DNA of 64,000 nucleotides from an uncultured Rhodothermaceae bacterium (GCA_964525535.1 CAZGHT010000006.1:43544-107543), one strand, 5' to 3'. Shown: positions 1 to 9,421, numbered from the stretch's first letter. Numbers and translations: made by a program. Notes: generated from the letters alone by a model not told the origin.

Positions 1-1871
1 CTGGCAGCCTGGGCGATCGCAACCGATTCGGGATCAACTGGATGGCTGCCGTACGCAAAGGGATATGGTCCCTCTATCAGATGCCGGCTCTCTCGAATCA
101 TTTCAACCAGTGGAGCGCGCCGGATCTTTTCCTGTTGAAGGCCCTCTCTCCCATCAAAGATCAGAAAGAGTATACCGACCACCAGGAATTTAATAGCCGT
201 GTAGGGCTGGCTCCGCTCAACGAAGAAGCGCGCAACGTGCTCGCATCAGAAAGCTTTCAAGACAGCTTCGATTTCTTTGACCTTCATGCAGCCATGCGGG
301 TGCACGTCGGGCTCCTCCGGAGCATCCATATGTCCCTCTATCGGGGAGGCAACCAGCTGGGCGACAAAGAAGTAGTCATGGCCGGCACACAACCCTGGAT
401 GCCGTCGGACAGCAGGGACAATCTATTGACGATGAACTCGAGCCACCGCTGGAGCAACGCCGTCAGCCAGCTTCGTTATGAGCACGTCATGGGCGCGCGC
501 ACCTTCGCCGAATGGAGCGTGTGGTATAGCGAGTTCGACCTGAATCAGAACATGGACCAGGTCGAGTACGACCAGGAGATGCTGGGTGTCGGGGCGAGTA
601 TTCCTTCGTTCGAAGAACGATTCCCCAACGAAAGCGGATCCATCGCGTCCGACTCGATTCCCAAATACAAAACGGACGATCAGAACAGCATCGCCGAGCT
701 GGGCTTCAAAGGAGAGGTGTCTCATTCTACGGGGGCCAACCATTACGTGACCGCCGGCATCGAAGTCATACAGGCGGAGAGCTCTTTTCTCCTGAATTTT
801 CAGAGCCCCTTTCGAGGGCCGGAACGGGAGTCGTCGTTTGCCGAGTTGTCTTCCAGCCACTGGCGGTGGAGCGCCTACATCGAGGATACCATACAGTTCA
901 GCGAGCAGACCCTGGTCAGTGCCGGCATTCGCCTGACCTACCTCGATAACCATTCCACGGTATACGCCGAACCCCGCCTGTCTTTCAGGCATGACGCCAG
1001 AGAGGGGGTGTTCGGTCCCTGGGCATTCCGAGCCGCGATTGGCCTGTATCGCCAGTATATCAACCAGTTTGATGTCGCCTCGCTGAACATCAACGCCGTC
1101 TTGCCGAGCGTTCGGTTCTGGCTTCCCCTCGAAGGGGACGTCAATCCGTCGCGCGCCTTACACACGTCAGCGGCCTTCCTGTTGATGCCTGATCCATCCT
1201 GGCGGCTCAGGCTCGAGGGGTATTACAAACGGCAGCCGCATACGCTGGTCATCGACTACGAGCGCGCTACGAGATACGATGGATCGCTCAATGGGCTCGA
1301 CACCCAGAGCGATCTTCTGATCGGCGCCGATGGATTCGCTTATGGTGGAGCGATTTCGCTCGAGAAGAAAACGAAGAAGGTGACCGCTTCTGCCCAGTAC
1401 GAGTATAGCGTTGCTCGCCAACGCATCCCCAACCGCTTCGACGGCGCTTTCCTGTCCGTGCCCTGGAATGTTCCTCACCATGTGACGACCTCCTTCGATG
1501 TGGCGTTGAATCCCAATCTTACCTTTATCGGCCGGTTGGAAAACAGCATTGGCCGGACGTGGGCCTATCGGGATGCCTATTACAATTTTCTCCAGCCGGT
1601 GGAGTCCTTCAACGAGTTCGGCCAGTACGACCTTTCCGATCCCACATCCCATCGTCTCCCGATGATCACAAAGCTGGATCTGGGCATTTCGTATACGAGT
1701 GCAATCCAGAGTACGCGTATACAAATAAGGATGGACTTCGCCAATGTACTCAGCAGTTCAAATGTAGAGGAGTGGATTCTCGTTCACGATTCGACTACGA
1801 ATTCATTCAGGCGTGTCGAGCGGCCCCTGACCCCATTCCTGCCTTCCGTCACCGTTCGTGTAGGCTGGTAG
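1..1871 (+). CDS. Outer-membrane beta-barrel protein, C-terminal part (TonB-dependent-receptor-like). The 5-prime end lies outside the window.
   Basis: The frame of ORF 42..1871 stays open back to nt 3 (GSLGDRNRFGINW...), so the listed Met is probably internal. It shows an alternating beta-strand pattern. The C-terminus ...VTVRVGW ends in an aromatic residue, as in OMP beta-signals. Confidence 0.5.
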   Translation, partial: GSLGDRNRFGINWMAAVRKGIWSLYQMPALSNHFNQWSAPDLFLLKALSPIKDQKEYTDHQEFNSRVGLAPLNEEARNVLASESFQDSFDFFDLHAAMRVHVGLLRSIHMSLYRGGNQLGDKEVVMAGTQPWMPSDSRDNLLTMNSSHRWSNAVSQLRYEHVMGARTFAEWSVWYSEFDLNQNMDQVEYDQEMLGVGASIPSFEERFPNESGSIASDSIPKYKTDDQNSIAELGFKGEVSHSTGANHYVTAGIEVIQAESSFLLNFQSPFRGPERESSFAELSSSHWRWSAYIEDTIQFSEQTLVSAGIRLTYLDNHSTVYAEPRLSFRHDAREGVFGPWAFRAAIGLYRQYINQFDVASLNINAVLPSVRFWLPLEGDVNPSRALHTSAAFLLMPDPSWRLRLEGYYKRQPHTLVIDYERATRYDGSLNGLDTQSDLLIGADGFAYGGAISLEKKTKKVTASAQYEYSVARQRIPNRFDGAFLSVPWNVPHHVTTSFDVALNPNLTFIGRLENSIGRTWAYRDAYYNFLQPVESFNEFGQYDLSDPTSHRLPMITKLDLGISYTSAIQSTRIQIRMDFANVLSSSNVEEWILVHDSTTNSFRRVERPLTPFLPSVTVRVGW

Positions 1872-1891
1872 TCGTTGTCACATTCCTCTGT

Positions 1892-2083
1892 TCATTCGTC
1901 TTCCTGTCGTATCCGGATAGTTACTTCTCCCGTTTGGTCCACACGGGTGTCTACCAGTATGGGCCGGCAGCACACCTGGCAATCCTCGGTGTAGGACTGC
2001 CTTGGCACCGACGGGTCGACGAGGAGGGTGATCCCCTCGCCGCAATACGGGCACGTGACGTCTATTTCTTCCTGAAAGTGCAT
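1892..2083 (-). CDS. CPXCG-motif cysteine-rich (zinc-ribbon-like) small protein, 63 aa
   Basis: Internal Met of ORF 1892..2179 gives MHFQEEIDVTCPYCGEGITLLVD...YTEDCQVCCRPI. The two Cys pairs (CPYCG and CQVCC) are typical of the CPXCG family. The upstream part of the track ORF is read-through into the repeat element. Confidence 0.7.
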   Translation of the reverse strand: MHFQEEIDVTCPYCGEGITLLVDPSVPRQSYTEDCQVCCRPILVDTRVDQTGEVTIRIRQEDE

Positions 2084-2086
2084 TAG

Positions 2087-2310
2087 AATGACAGATGTTA
2101 CGCGCCGGATGCGCATAGGTCCTGCCAGAGCGGCTTTGCACCCGTGCAAAGCCCCGTAGTAACCAAGCCTGCTGTGCACAGTTCGCGTAACATCACTTAA
2201 TGACAGATGTTACGCGCCGGATGCGCATAGGTCCTGCCAGAGCGGCTTTGCACCCGTGCAAAGCCCCGTAGTAACCAAGCCTGCTGTGCACAGTTCGCGT
2301 AACATCACTT
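2087..2310 (+). repeat. Perfect tandem duplication (2 x 112 bp) of a palindromic interspersed element
   Basis: Units 2087-2198 and 2199-2310 are identical by eye. Each has terminal inverted repeats gatgttacgcg / cgcgtaacatc and a central hairpin ggctttgca-cccg-tgcaaagcc. Related copies lie at 14775-14876 and 23445-23577. Confidence 0.9.
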
Positions 2311-2324
2311 AATGATTCGGTTCC

Positions 2325-4784
2325 TCAGAGGTCTACCTCTTGTTTTTTGACCAGGAAAAGTCCCTGGGCGCTGCTTACGGCGATAACGCCGCTGTCGAAG
2401 AACGGGTAATTGCTCCAGGAGCCGCCGAAGCCAGGTTCATCCCCCGCAAAAGGGGTCGTGTCGAAGTGAGCCGCTTCGACCGGGTTCGTAGGATCGGTGA
2501 TGTCCAGCACGCGCAGGCCGGCCTGATAATTCGACTGATACAGGAGGTTGCCCCGGACGTACAGGTTGTGGTCGCTGGCCTTCGAGTTCAGAAAGAACTC
2601 CTTTACGAGCACTGGATCTTCGAGTTCGGCGACGTCCCAGATGAGTGTACGCGTGCGATCCACATTTCCGGTCAGTTCATCCAGTTCGTCGTTCATGTAG
2701 AAGAACTTATGGTCTTCGGACAACCAGCCCTGATGCGTGTAGGACAGGTTGGGATACGTCGAACGGGTCAGCATAACCGGGTTATCCTTGTCCGTCACGT
2801 CGGCGATGATGAAGGAGGACGATGAAGAATTGAAACAGATTTCCCGGTTGATATATTTCGCATCCGGACCGCGATAGACGACACACTGGGCGTCATGGGC
2901 ACTGCCGGAGCTCGCACCCCCCGGGGTCTTATGGAAGAAACAGCCGGCGAAGGCGGGGTTGACCGGATCCTGAATGTTGATCATGTGGAGTTGTCCCCCG
3001 CAGGTCTCGCCGCCGGCGCGGCTGCCGACGGCATAGGCGTAGCCGGTCTCTTCGTTGATGACGATGTTGTGCGAGCTGTTGAGTTCGGTATAGTGGGCGG
3101 TCATCTCGAACGTAACGGGCATGTCGGCCGGGTTGACGTCACGGAGCTGCGTCAGGTCGAAGATCTGCATGCCGTGCGCTCCAGCGCCGTCGGCCACGAT
3201 GAAGGCGTGATCGCTATAGACTTTGATATCGCGCCAGGTACTGCCTGGAGACCCTTCCGTTTTCAGGAGTTGGCCGACGTATACCGGGTTGTAAGGGTCG
3301 CTGATGTCGACGAAGGAGGCGCCTTCCGTGCGTCCCTGCAGCACGTATTCGTTGCCGGTGACCGGGTCGGTCCATCCCCAGAGGTCGTTCAGCTGCACGC
3401 CGCGGTCATCAGACAGGTCGTCGACGGAGAGCATCGAGAGGAGGTCCACGCTCTGGCAATCGAAGAGATCGACGTTGCCGTCGACGCATTCGCGTTGTTC
3501 GCCGGTGATCGAGGCTATGGTGCCCACTTTGCTGACCAGATAGGTCGTGGGACGCCATGCGCCGCTGCCGCCCCGTTCGTAGACGGTGGCAACGCCGGCT
3601 TCGTAGTCAGCACGGGGCGATCCTACGACGGCCACCCCGTCACCCATGGCCACCCCGAGTCCGAAATGCCTCGTGTCCACGCGATCGCCCATCGGGGAGA
3701 GTGAAAACTGGCTGTTCCAGCGGTGGGACGTCCCCTGGTGTTCGAATACATAGGCGATGCCTCCATTCTGGCCGCCTACGATCACGCCGCTGGACGAGGC
3801 GGAAAGACTACCGCCGAATCCACCGTTTGATCGGGGTTCGGTCGGGCGCAGCCGGCCCGAGATCTGCCAGTCTGACTGTAGATTGTTCCAGGAGTAGACG
3901 AACACGCCTCCCGCGGCGTCGTATCCGGGGGCTCCCACATAGAGGTTGTCGCCATGGCCGGCCAACGCATATCCGAAGGCGTCGCCCGGCTTCAGAAATT
4001 GCAGGTTCAGATCGCCCATCTGCTCCCAGCTCCGGCTGTTTTCGTCGAAGGCGTACCGGTAGATGTAGCCGCGGTTGTCGTTGTTGCGCCAGGCGCCGAC
4101 GAACAACTCGCCGGCGGCCGATGTGATCGACCACCCGAACCCATTGGACGCATCTTCAGGGGCCGGCCTCAATACCTCCTCTTCGATCCATTCCTCGCCC
4201 TCCTTCCTGAACACGTGGACGGCCCCCTTGGAAGGGGCGCCGGGATACGAGCCGGCGGACGTCGGAGACGCCGCGTAAGAGACTACAGCGATCCGGTCTC
4301 CGACACGCTCGATTGCCCGGGGCCGGAGGGCTGCGTAGTCGCCGGCGCCGGCAAATTCTGCGCTGTCCGATAGAGAAGACGGCGACAGCGTGCCCGTTTC
4401 TTTCCAGGTCCCTGAGGCGTCGCGTTCGAACACATACGCCGCGCCGATCCCGGGGGCGCCCACGACCAGAAGGGACTCGTCGACGTAGATCGAACGCCCG
4501 AAATGGTCTCCCGGCTTCCCGTCGGATGGAGCGAGCCTGGCGTGTTCGACCCATCCCTGCGCTTCATCACGACGGAACACGAGGAGGGCCGAAGGACCCT
4601 CATCGCCCGACGGCCAGCCTATCGGAGCGGAACTGAGGTAGATTTCATCGTCGCTGATACTCGCCGAGGATCCGAATCCGACGCCGGGGAAGGCATCCGG
4701 CATACCAACAGTCTGGCCTGAGACGGGCAGGGCAGCGACGCTCAATGCGAGGGCAATGGCGAATGGAAGCAAATGTCTGGTCAT
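2325..4784 (-). CDS. Secreted surface protein: N-terminal FG-GAP-like beta-propeller repeats plus a C-terminal choice-of-anchor-B / LVIVD-repeat domain
   Basis: Signal peptide MTRHLLPFAIALALSVAALPVSGQ (start 4784; the track start at 4817 is an alternative). About 7 repeats of the FG..(L/V).VGAP...G.(V/A)YVF type. The C-terminal half has LNDLWGWTDPVTGNEYVLQG...FVDISDP, IKVYSDHAFIV and MQIFDLTQL motifs. Confidence 0.7.
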   Translation of the reverse strand: MTRHLLPFAIALALSVAALPVSGQTVGMPDAFPGVGFGSSASISDDEIYLSSAPIGWPSGDEGPSALLVFRRDEAQGWVEHARLAPSDGKPGDHFGRSIYVDESLLVVGAPGIGAAYVFERDASGTWKETGTLSPSSLSDSAEFAGAGDYAALRPRAIERVGDRIAVVSYAASPTSAGSYPGAPSKGAVHVFRKEGEEWIEEEVLRPAPEDASNGFGWSITSAAGELFVGAWRNNDNRGYIYRYAFDENSRSWEQMGDLNLQFLKPGDAFGYALAGHGDNLYVGAPGYDAAGGVFVYSWNNLQSDWQISGRLRPTEPRSNGGFGGSLSASSSGVIVGGQNGGIAYVFEHQGTSHRWNSQFSLSPMGDRVDTRHFGLGVAMGDGVAVVGSPRADYEAGVATVYERGGSGAWRPTTYLVSKVGTIASITGEQRECVDGNVDLFDCQSVDLLSMLSVDDLSDDRGVQLNDLWGWTDPVTGNEYVLQGRTEGASFVDISDPYNPVYVGQLLKTEGSPGSTWRDIKVYSDHAFIVADGAGAHGMQIFDLTQLRDVNPADMPVTFEMTAHYTELNSSHNIVINEETGYAYAVGSRAGGETCGGQLHMINIQDPVNPAFAGCFFHKTPGGASSGSAHDAQCVVYRGPDAKYINREICFNSSSSSFIIADVTDKDNPVMLTRSTYPNLSYTHQGWLSEDHKFFYMNDELDELTGNVDRTRTLIWDVAELEDPVLVKEFFLNSKASDHNLYVRGNLLYQSNYQAGLRVLDITDPTNPVEAAHFDTTPFAGDEPGFGGSWSNYPFFDSGVIAVSSAQGLFLVKKQEVDL

Positions 4785-4810
4785 TGGAAGTGAGAGCAAA
4801 AGTTCTGGTT

Positions 4811-4840
4811 TGAGCAATACCTGTCAGGTATAAAAGCTCA
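4811..4840. promoter_or_regulatory. Extended inverted repeat in a divergent promoter region (possible operator)
   Basis: TGAGC-a-ATACCTG-t-CAGGTAT-aaaa-GCTCA, located between divergently transcribed genes. Function is inferred only. Confidence 0.25.
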
Positions 4841-5014
4841 AAATAGGAACTGGTTCGGTGGTTTGCTGGAGTAGTTTGCTGAAGAGAATATTCGGGGCGT
4901 CGTTACGCATTTCTCCCTTCCGAATGGTACTACGAGTACCGTGCCACCATACGTATCGTTCGTCAACGATGTGTATTGCCTTACTTTCGAAGAATTTATA
5001 ATCAGGGGATACGT

Positions 5015-8000
5015 ATGTTTATTATACAGAGAATACGAGTCATGTGTGTTGCGGCAGTGCTCTGTCTCTTTGCCGCCGCCTCGTTGCCTGCCTCGGCCCA
5101 GTATTTTGGCCGCAACAAAGTCCAATACGACGATTTCGAGTTTAAGCAGTTCGACACCGAACATTTCACCTTTTATTTCTACCCTGAGGCCGAAGAGGCC
5201 GTCAAAGACGCCGCCCGCATGGCCGAGCGGTGGTACGAACGGCATAGCATGGTCTTCCTCCGCGAGTTCAAGGATAGAAAGCCCATCATTCTGTACGCCA
5301 ACGACGCCGACTTTCACCAGACGAATATCATCAATGGGAACCTGGGCGAAGGCACCGGCGGCGTGACGGAGTCCTTGAAGCAACGCGTGGTCATGCCGCT
5401 TACGGGTATCTATGGCGATACCGACCACGTGCTGGGGCACGAGCTCATCCACTCTTTTCAATACGACATCGCATTTTCCCAGCAGGGCAATGGGGATTAC
5501 GAGGTGCGATTTAATATCGGGCAGTTGCCGCTCTGGTTCATCGAAGGCACGGCCGAGTACCTGTCTGTCGGCCGCGACGACGCTCACACGGCGATGTGGC
5601 TCCGCGATGCTGCCCTCCGCGACGATCTGCCGACCATCAGGGATCTGACCACAAAACCGTTCGAATATTTTCCGTACCGATACGGGCAGGCCTACATGGC
5701 CTACATCGGCGGTAAATACGGCGATGTCGCCGTGGCAGACCTCTATAAACTCGCCGGTATCGCCGGCGTCGATACGGCCTTCGTACGTACGCTCGGGATT
5801 AAGCCGGATTCGCTGTCTAAAGAATGGCAGCAGGCGGTAAAAGACGCCTATTTGCCCCTGGTCGAAGCACGCACTCCTGCAACGGAAGCCGGGGCGCGGA
5901 TCATCTCGAAGGAAGAACAGGGCGGAGCGCTCAACGTGGCGCCCGCGGTGAGCCCTGACGGACGTTACGTCGCCTTCCTCTCCGAACGCGATCTGTTCTC
6001 TATCAACCTGTTCATCGCAGACGCTGAGACGGGCAAGATCGTGCAAAAGCTCAAAAAAGAGACCGCGGACTCTCACTTCGACGCGTTGCGTTTCATCAGT
6101 TCAGCCGGCACCTGGTCCCCGGACGGGAAACAGTTCGCCTTTATCACCTTTGCCGACGGAGACAATGAAATTGTCATCTGGGATCTCGATTCCAACGGCA
6201 TTGACCGGCGTTTCCGGGTCGCCGATCTCGGGGCTATGATGAACCTCGCCTGGTCGCCCGACGGACTGTCTCTGGCGATCTCGGGAATGAGAGGCGGCAT
6301 CAGTGACCTGTACCTGCTGGACCTCAACACCAATGAGGTGCGCCAGTTAACCGCCGATAAATACGCGGATCTCCAGCCGGCGTGGTCGCCTGACGGCTCA
6401 TCCATCGCCTTTGTGACCGATCGAGGAGAAGACGGAACCGATTTCGAACGGCTCGCCTATGGCGAGATGCGCCTCGCCGAGATTGACGTCGAAAGCGGCG
6501 CTATCCGTGTAATGAGACCTCTGGGGGATGTCCTCCATCACAACCCGCAATACGCACCCGATGGCCGTAGCCTCTACTTCATATCGGATTATCGCGGGTT
6601 TAAGGACATCTACCGCTACCAGCTGTCTTCGCAGCAAACCTATCAGGTGACGAATCTCCAGACTGGCGTCAGTGGGATCACGAAAATTGCCCCGGCCATG
6701 TCGGTTGCGGCCCAGAGTGGACGTATGGCATTCTCGGTGTTCAGCAACAACGAGTACACGGTGTACAAACGCGAGTCCGAGGACCTCGATGGTATGCCAT
6801 TGATGCCGTCGCCCGTTCTTGCCGCCTCGGCAGAGGAGTACGAGGGAGACGGCCCTCTGATGATGGGAGAAAGGGCAGCAGAAGGTAATCCCCTGCACGG
6901 AGAGACGGGTGAAGCCGCTGCCGAAGAGCCATCGGCCAGTATCTTACCGCCCTATCGCGATGCCGACGAAGGTATTGTCGGGGCTTATCTGAGTGATGCC
7001 GGGTTGGGTTTACCCGAAAATCCGGAGTACGACGTCAAAGAATACAGCTCCCGATTGAAGCTTGACTACGTCGCGCCTCCTTCCGTGGGTGTATCCGTCG
7101 GAGGTCCCTTCGGCACAGGGCTGGGGGGCAGTGTTGGCTTCTTCTTCAGCGATATGCTGGGAAATCATAACCTGGGTATCTCTGTCGCAGCAAACGGTAC
7201 ACTGAAGGACATTGGAGGGCAGGTGACCTACCTGAATCGAAAGCATCGCATGAACTATGGCTTTTTTGGCGCTCACATCCCTGTGATTACCGGATTCGGG
7301 TCCAGCTTTGGCGCGGCGGAAAACGGCCAGACCGTCATCAATCAGGTCTTCCAACGGGTATTCATCGACCAGATCGGCGGATATACGGCCTACCCGCTGA
7401 GCACGACGCGTAGAATCGAACTGACCGGTTCTTTCGTCCGCTACGGATTCGATACGGACGTACGGACTTTCACGCTCGGCGGAAACCAGATCCGCTCCGA
7501 CGGGCTGAATATCGCTACGCGCCGGCCGCTTTATCTGGGCCAGGCGTCTATCGCTTACGTAAAAGACACCTCTAATTTCGGGTTCACTTCGCCCTTGAAC
7601 GGCACGCGACAGCGTGTTCAAGTAGGGACGAACGTCGGGACGGAGCGGTTCGTGACCGCTACGTTGGATGCCCGCAAGTACTTCTTCGCCCGGCCCTTCA
7701 CGTTCGCCATCCGCGGCCTGCACATTGGTAACTACGGGGCTTCAGAGGACGAAATCTTTGGCGTAGAGTACCTGGGTTCTCCCTTTTATCTGGGCTTCGT
7801 GCGGGGATACAACCTGAACTCCTTCGACTTCTCCGAGTGTTCCTCGGCCGGCTGCCCGGAGGCGGCCCGCCTCTCCGGAACGCGGATCGCCATGGCCAGC
7901 GCCGAATTGCGTATGCCGCTGTTCGGAAACGAATCGTTGGGGCTAATCAACTTTGCGTACCTGCCTACCGAAATCTCGCTCTTTACCGACGTAGGGCTGG

Positions 8001-8194
8001 CCTGGACGGCTGAAGAAAGCCCCGAGCTTGTTTTTTCTCGGAATTCTTCGGCCCGTGTGCCTCTCGTGAGCGTCGGCGCTTCGTCCCGATTCAACCTGTT
8101 CGGGTCGCTCGTCTTTGAAGTGTATTACGCGTATCCATTCCAGCGTCCCCAGAAAGGAGGGCATTGGGGGATACAGTTTTTACCCGGCTGGTAA
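5015..8194 (+). CDS. Outer-membrane fusion protein: HExxH metallopeptidase-like domain, TolB-type (PD40) beta-propeller and Omp85-like C-terminal barrel
   Basis: Signal peptide MFIIQRIRVMCVAAVLCLFAAASLPASAQ. HELIH motif. Repeated (W/V)SPDG..(L/F)AF motifs (VSPDGRYVAF, WSPDGKQFAF, WSPDGLSLAI, WSPDGSSIAF, YAPDGRSLYF). The C-terminus ...HWGIQFLPGW follows surface-antigen-like strands. Confidence 0.75.
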   Translation: MFIIQRIRVMCVAAVLCLFAAASLPASAQYFGRNKVQYDDFEFKQFDTEHFTFYFYPEAEEAVKDAARMAERWYERHSMVFLREFKDRKPIILYANDADFHQTNIINGNLGEGTGGVTESLKQRVVMPLTGIYGDTDHVLGHELIHSFQYDIAFSQQGNGDYEVRFNIGQLPLWFIEGTAEYLSVGRDDAHTAMWLRDAALRDDLPTIRDLTTKPFEYFPYRYGQAYMAYIGGKYGDVAVADLYKLAGIAGVDTAFVRTLGIKPDSLSKEWQQAVKDAYLPLVEARTPATEAGARIISKEEQGGALNVAPAVSPDGRYVAFLSERDLFSINLFIADAETGKIVQKLKKETADSHFDALRFISSAGTWSPDGKQFAFITFADGDNEIVIWDLDSNGIDRRFRVADLGAMMNLAWSPDGLSLAISGMRGGISDLYLLDLNTNEVRQLTADKYADLQPAWSPDGSSIAFVTDRGEDGTDFERLAYGEMRLAEIDVESGAIRVMRPLGDVLHHNPQYAPDGRSLYFISDYRGFKDIYRYQLSSQQTYQVTNLQTGVSGITKIAPAMSVAAQSGRMAFSVFSNNEYTVYKRESEDLDGMPLMPSPVLAASAEEYEGDGPLMMGERAAEGNPLHGETGEAAAEEPSASILPPYRDADEGIVGAYLSDAGLGLPENPEYDVKEYSSRLKLDYVAPPSVGVSVGGPFGTGLGGSVGFFFSDMLGNHNLGISVAANGTLKDIGGQVTYLNRKHRMNYGFFGAHIPVITGFGSSFGAAENGQTVINQVFQRVFIDQIGGYTAYPLSTTRRIELTGSFVRYGFDTDVRTFTLGGNQIRSDGLNIATRRPLYLGQASIAYVKDTSNFGFTSPLNGTRQRVQVGTNVGTERFVTATLDARKYFFARPFTFAIRGLHIGNYGASEDEIFGVEYLGSPFYLGFVRGYNLNSFDFSECSSAGCPEAARLSGTRIAMASAELRMPLFGNESLGLINFAYLPTEISLFTDVGLAWTAEESPELVFSRNSSARVPLVSVGASSRFNLFGSLVFEVYYAYPFQRPQKGGHWGIQFLPGW

Positions 8195-8204
8195 AGAGGG
8201 CTGA

Positions 8205-8269
8205 GTACGAAGTACCAGGTATGCCGATCGTGCGCGTTCAAGATACTGGGCATTCCTGGTACTTCGTAC
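8205..8269. terminator. Long hairpin between convergent genes (candidate bidirectional terminator)
   Basis: Left arm gtacgaagtaccaggtatgcc (8205-8225) pairs with right arm ggcattcctggtacttcgtac (8249-8269). That is 21 bp with one mismatch and a 23-nt loop. There is no clear U-tract. Confidence 0.5.
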
Positions 8270-8278
8270 CTGGTACAC

Positions 8279-9382
8279 CTACCTTGTGGGGTACCAGATC
8301 AACTTGCCGTCACGACCGACGTAGCCCCAGGTGGTGAGGCGATTGTTTTCGTTGTCCGGGTCGAGCTTTTCTACGATAACCTGTGCCGCTCCTTTCTCGA
8401 AGGGGGATACTTCGTCGTAATCGGGGCGGTCGAGCAGCTCACCGGAACGGTCGATGAAGCCCCAGAAGCCATCGACGAGAACGGCGGCGCGGCCTTCAGA
8501 AAACGCACGCGCCTCCTCGTATTGGGGGGGGATCACCATGCGTCCGCCCTTGTCGGCATAGCCCCATTCATTGCTGTTTTCGCGGACAGGGACGAGGCCA
8601 TCGCCAAAATCACCGGCTTCGATATAACGAGGAGAGATGGCCGTATTGCCCTTCGTATCGATAAAGCCCCAGCTGTCGCTGATCTTGATGGCGGCCAGTC
8701 CTTCATTGAAAGAGCGTGCTTCGGCGTACTGGAAAGAGATGGCCATATCTCCCGTATTGTCGATATAGCCGTATTGTTGGAGGTCCAGGTCGTACACGAG
8801 GGCCAGCCCTGAGGAAAACTGGTTGTCGTCGTCGCCGTTTTCTTCTTCGTTAAAGGCGAGGAGGTCCGGCGTCTGCGCGGAGCGGACGACTTGACCGGAG
8901 AGGTCGATATACTCCCACTTGCCGCCTGAGGTCTGCACGAAGGCTCGTCCTTCGGTGAAGTTGAACGCCTGATCGAATTGTGGATTGATGGCAAAGGCAC
9001 CCGACTTGTTGATGTATCCCCAGCGCCCGTCCAGCTCTACAGCGGCCAGCCCTTCGGCGAACGGCCGGCCATTGACGAATCGGGGGCGGATGACATACTC
9101 CCCGTCGGGGTCTATGTATCCGATGTTGCCTTCTCTGACGCGGGCGAGACCTTCGGAGAACGAGCTCGCGGCGTTGAAATTGGGTTCTATTCGGATGCGG
9201 CCGTTTTCGTTGATGTACCCCCAGTCTCCATCGATACGGACAGGGAACAACGATACGCCGTCAGTCTCGCTTTCGCCTTCGGCCTGATCACCGATGAAAT
9301 CGCATGCTGCCAGCGAAAAGCTGGAAGCGAAAAGCAAGACGAGTAAACAGGTGTTAATCGGTCTATGGTTCATTTCTTTCAT
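8279..9382 (-). CDS. WG-repeat (KWG-like) lipoprotein
   Basis: Lipobox ...SFSLAAC. There are more than 8 repeats of the W(G)(Y/F)I(D/N)..G...I.P.(F/Y)..A..F.EGLA type. The start is 9382 or 9373. Confidence 0.75.
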   Translation of the reverse strand: MKEMNHRPINTCLLVLLFASSFSLAACDFIGDQAEGESETDGVSLFPVRIDGDWGYINENGRIRIEPNFNAASSFSEGLARVREGNIGYIDPDGEYVIRPRFVNGRPFAEGLAAVELDGRWGYINKSGAFAINPQFDQAFNFTEGRAFVQTSGGKWEYIDLSGQVVRSAQTPDLLAFNEEENGDDDNQFSSGLALVYDLDLQQYGYIDNTGDMAISFQYAEARSFNEGLAAIKISDSWGFIDTKGNTAISPRYIEAGDFGDGLVPVRENSNEWGYADKGGRMVIPPQYEEARAFSEGRAAVLVDGFWGFIDRSGELLDRPDYDEVSPFEKGAAQVIVEKLDPDNENNRLTTWGYVGRDGKLIWYPTR

Positions 9383-9421
9383 ACATTCATGTGGGCACAC
9401 ACGTCCGTATAGCCGGATGCA

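Noticed and set aside
2087-2310. Possible CRISPR array
   Set aside because: There are only two units, each 112 bp long, directly abutting with no spacers. No cas genes are in the window, and the units are themselves long palindromes. The region is therefore treated as a tandem interspersed repeat.
2340-4721. Many 60-270-aa ORFs on both strands inside the 2325..4784 gene (for example 3557..4126+ and 4156..4554-)
   Set aside because: They are extremely Arg/Pro/Gly-rich, nested in or antisense to a long ORF with a repeat architecture and a signal peptide. They are not credible genes.
4838-6076. 412-aa minus-strand ORF
   Set aside because: It lies entirely antisense to the well-supported HExxH-TolB-Omp85 gene and its upstream region. 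It has an Arg/Gly/Val-rich composition and no motifs. This is a typical shadow ORF in GC-rich DNA.
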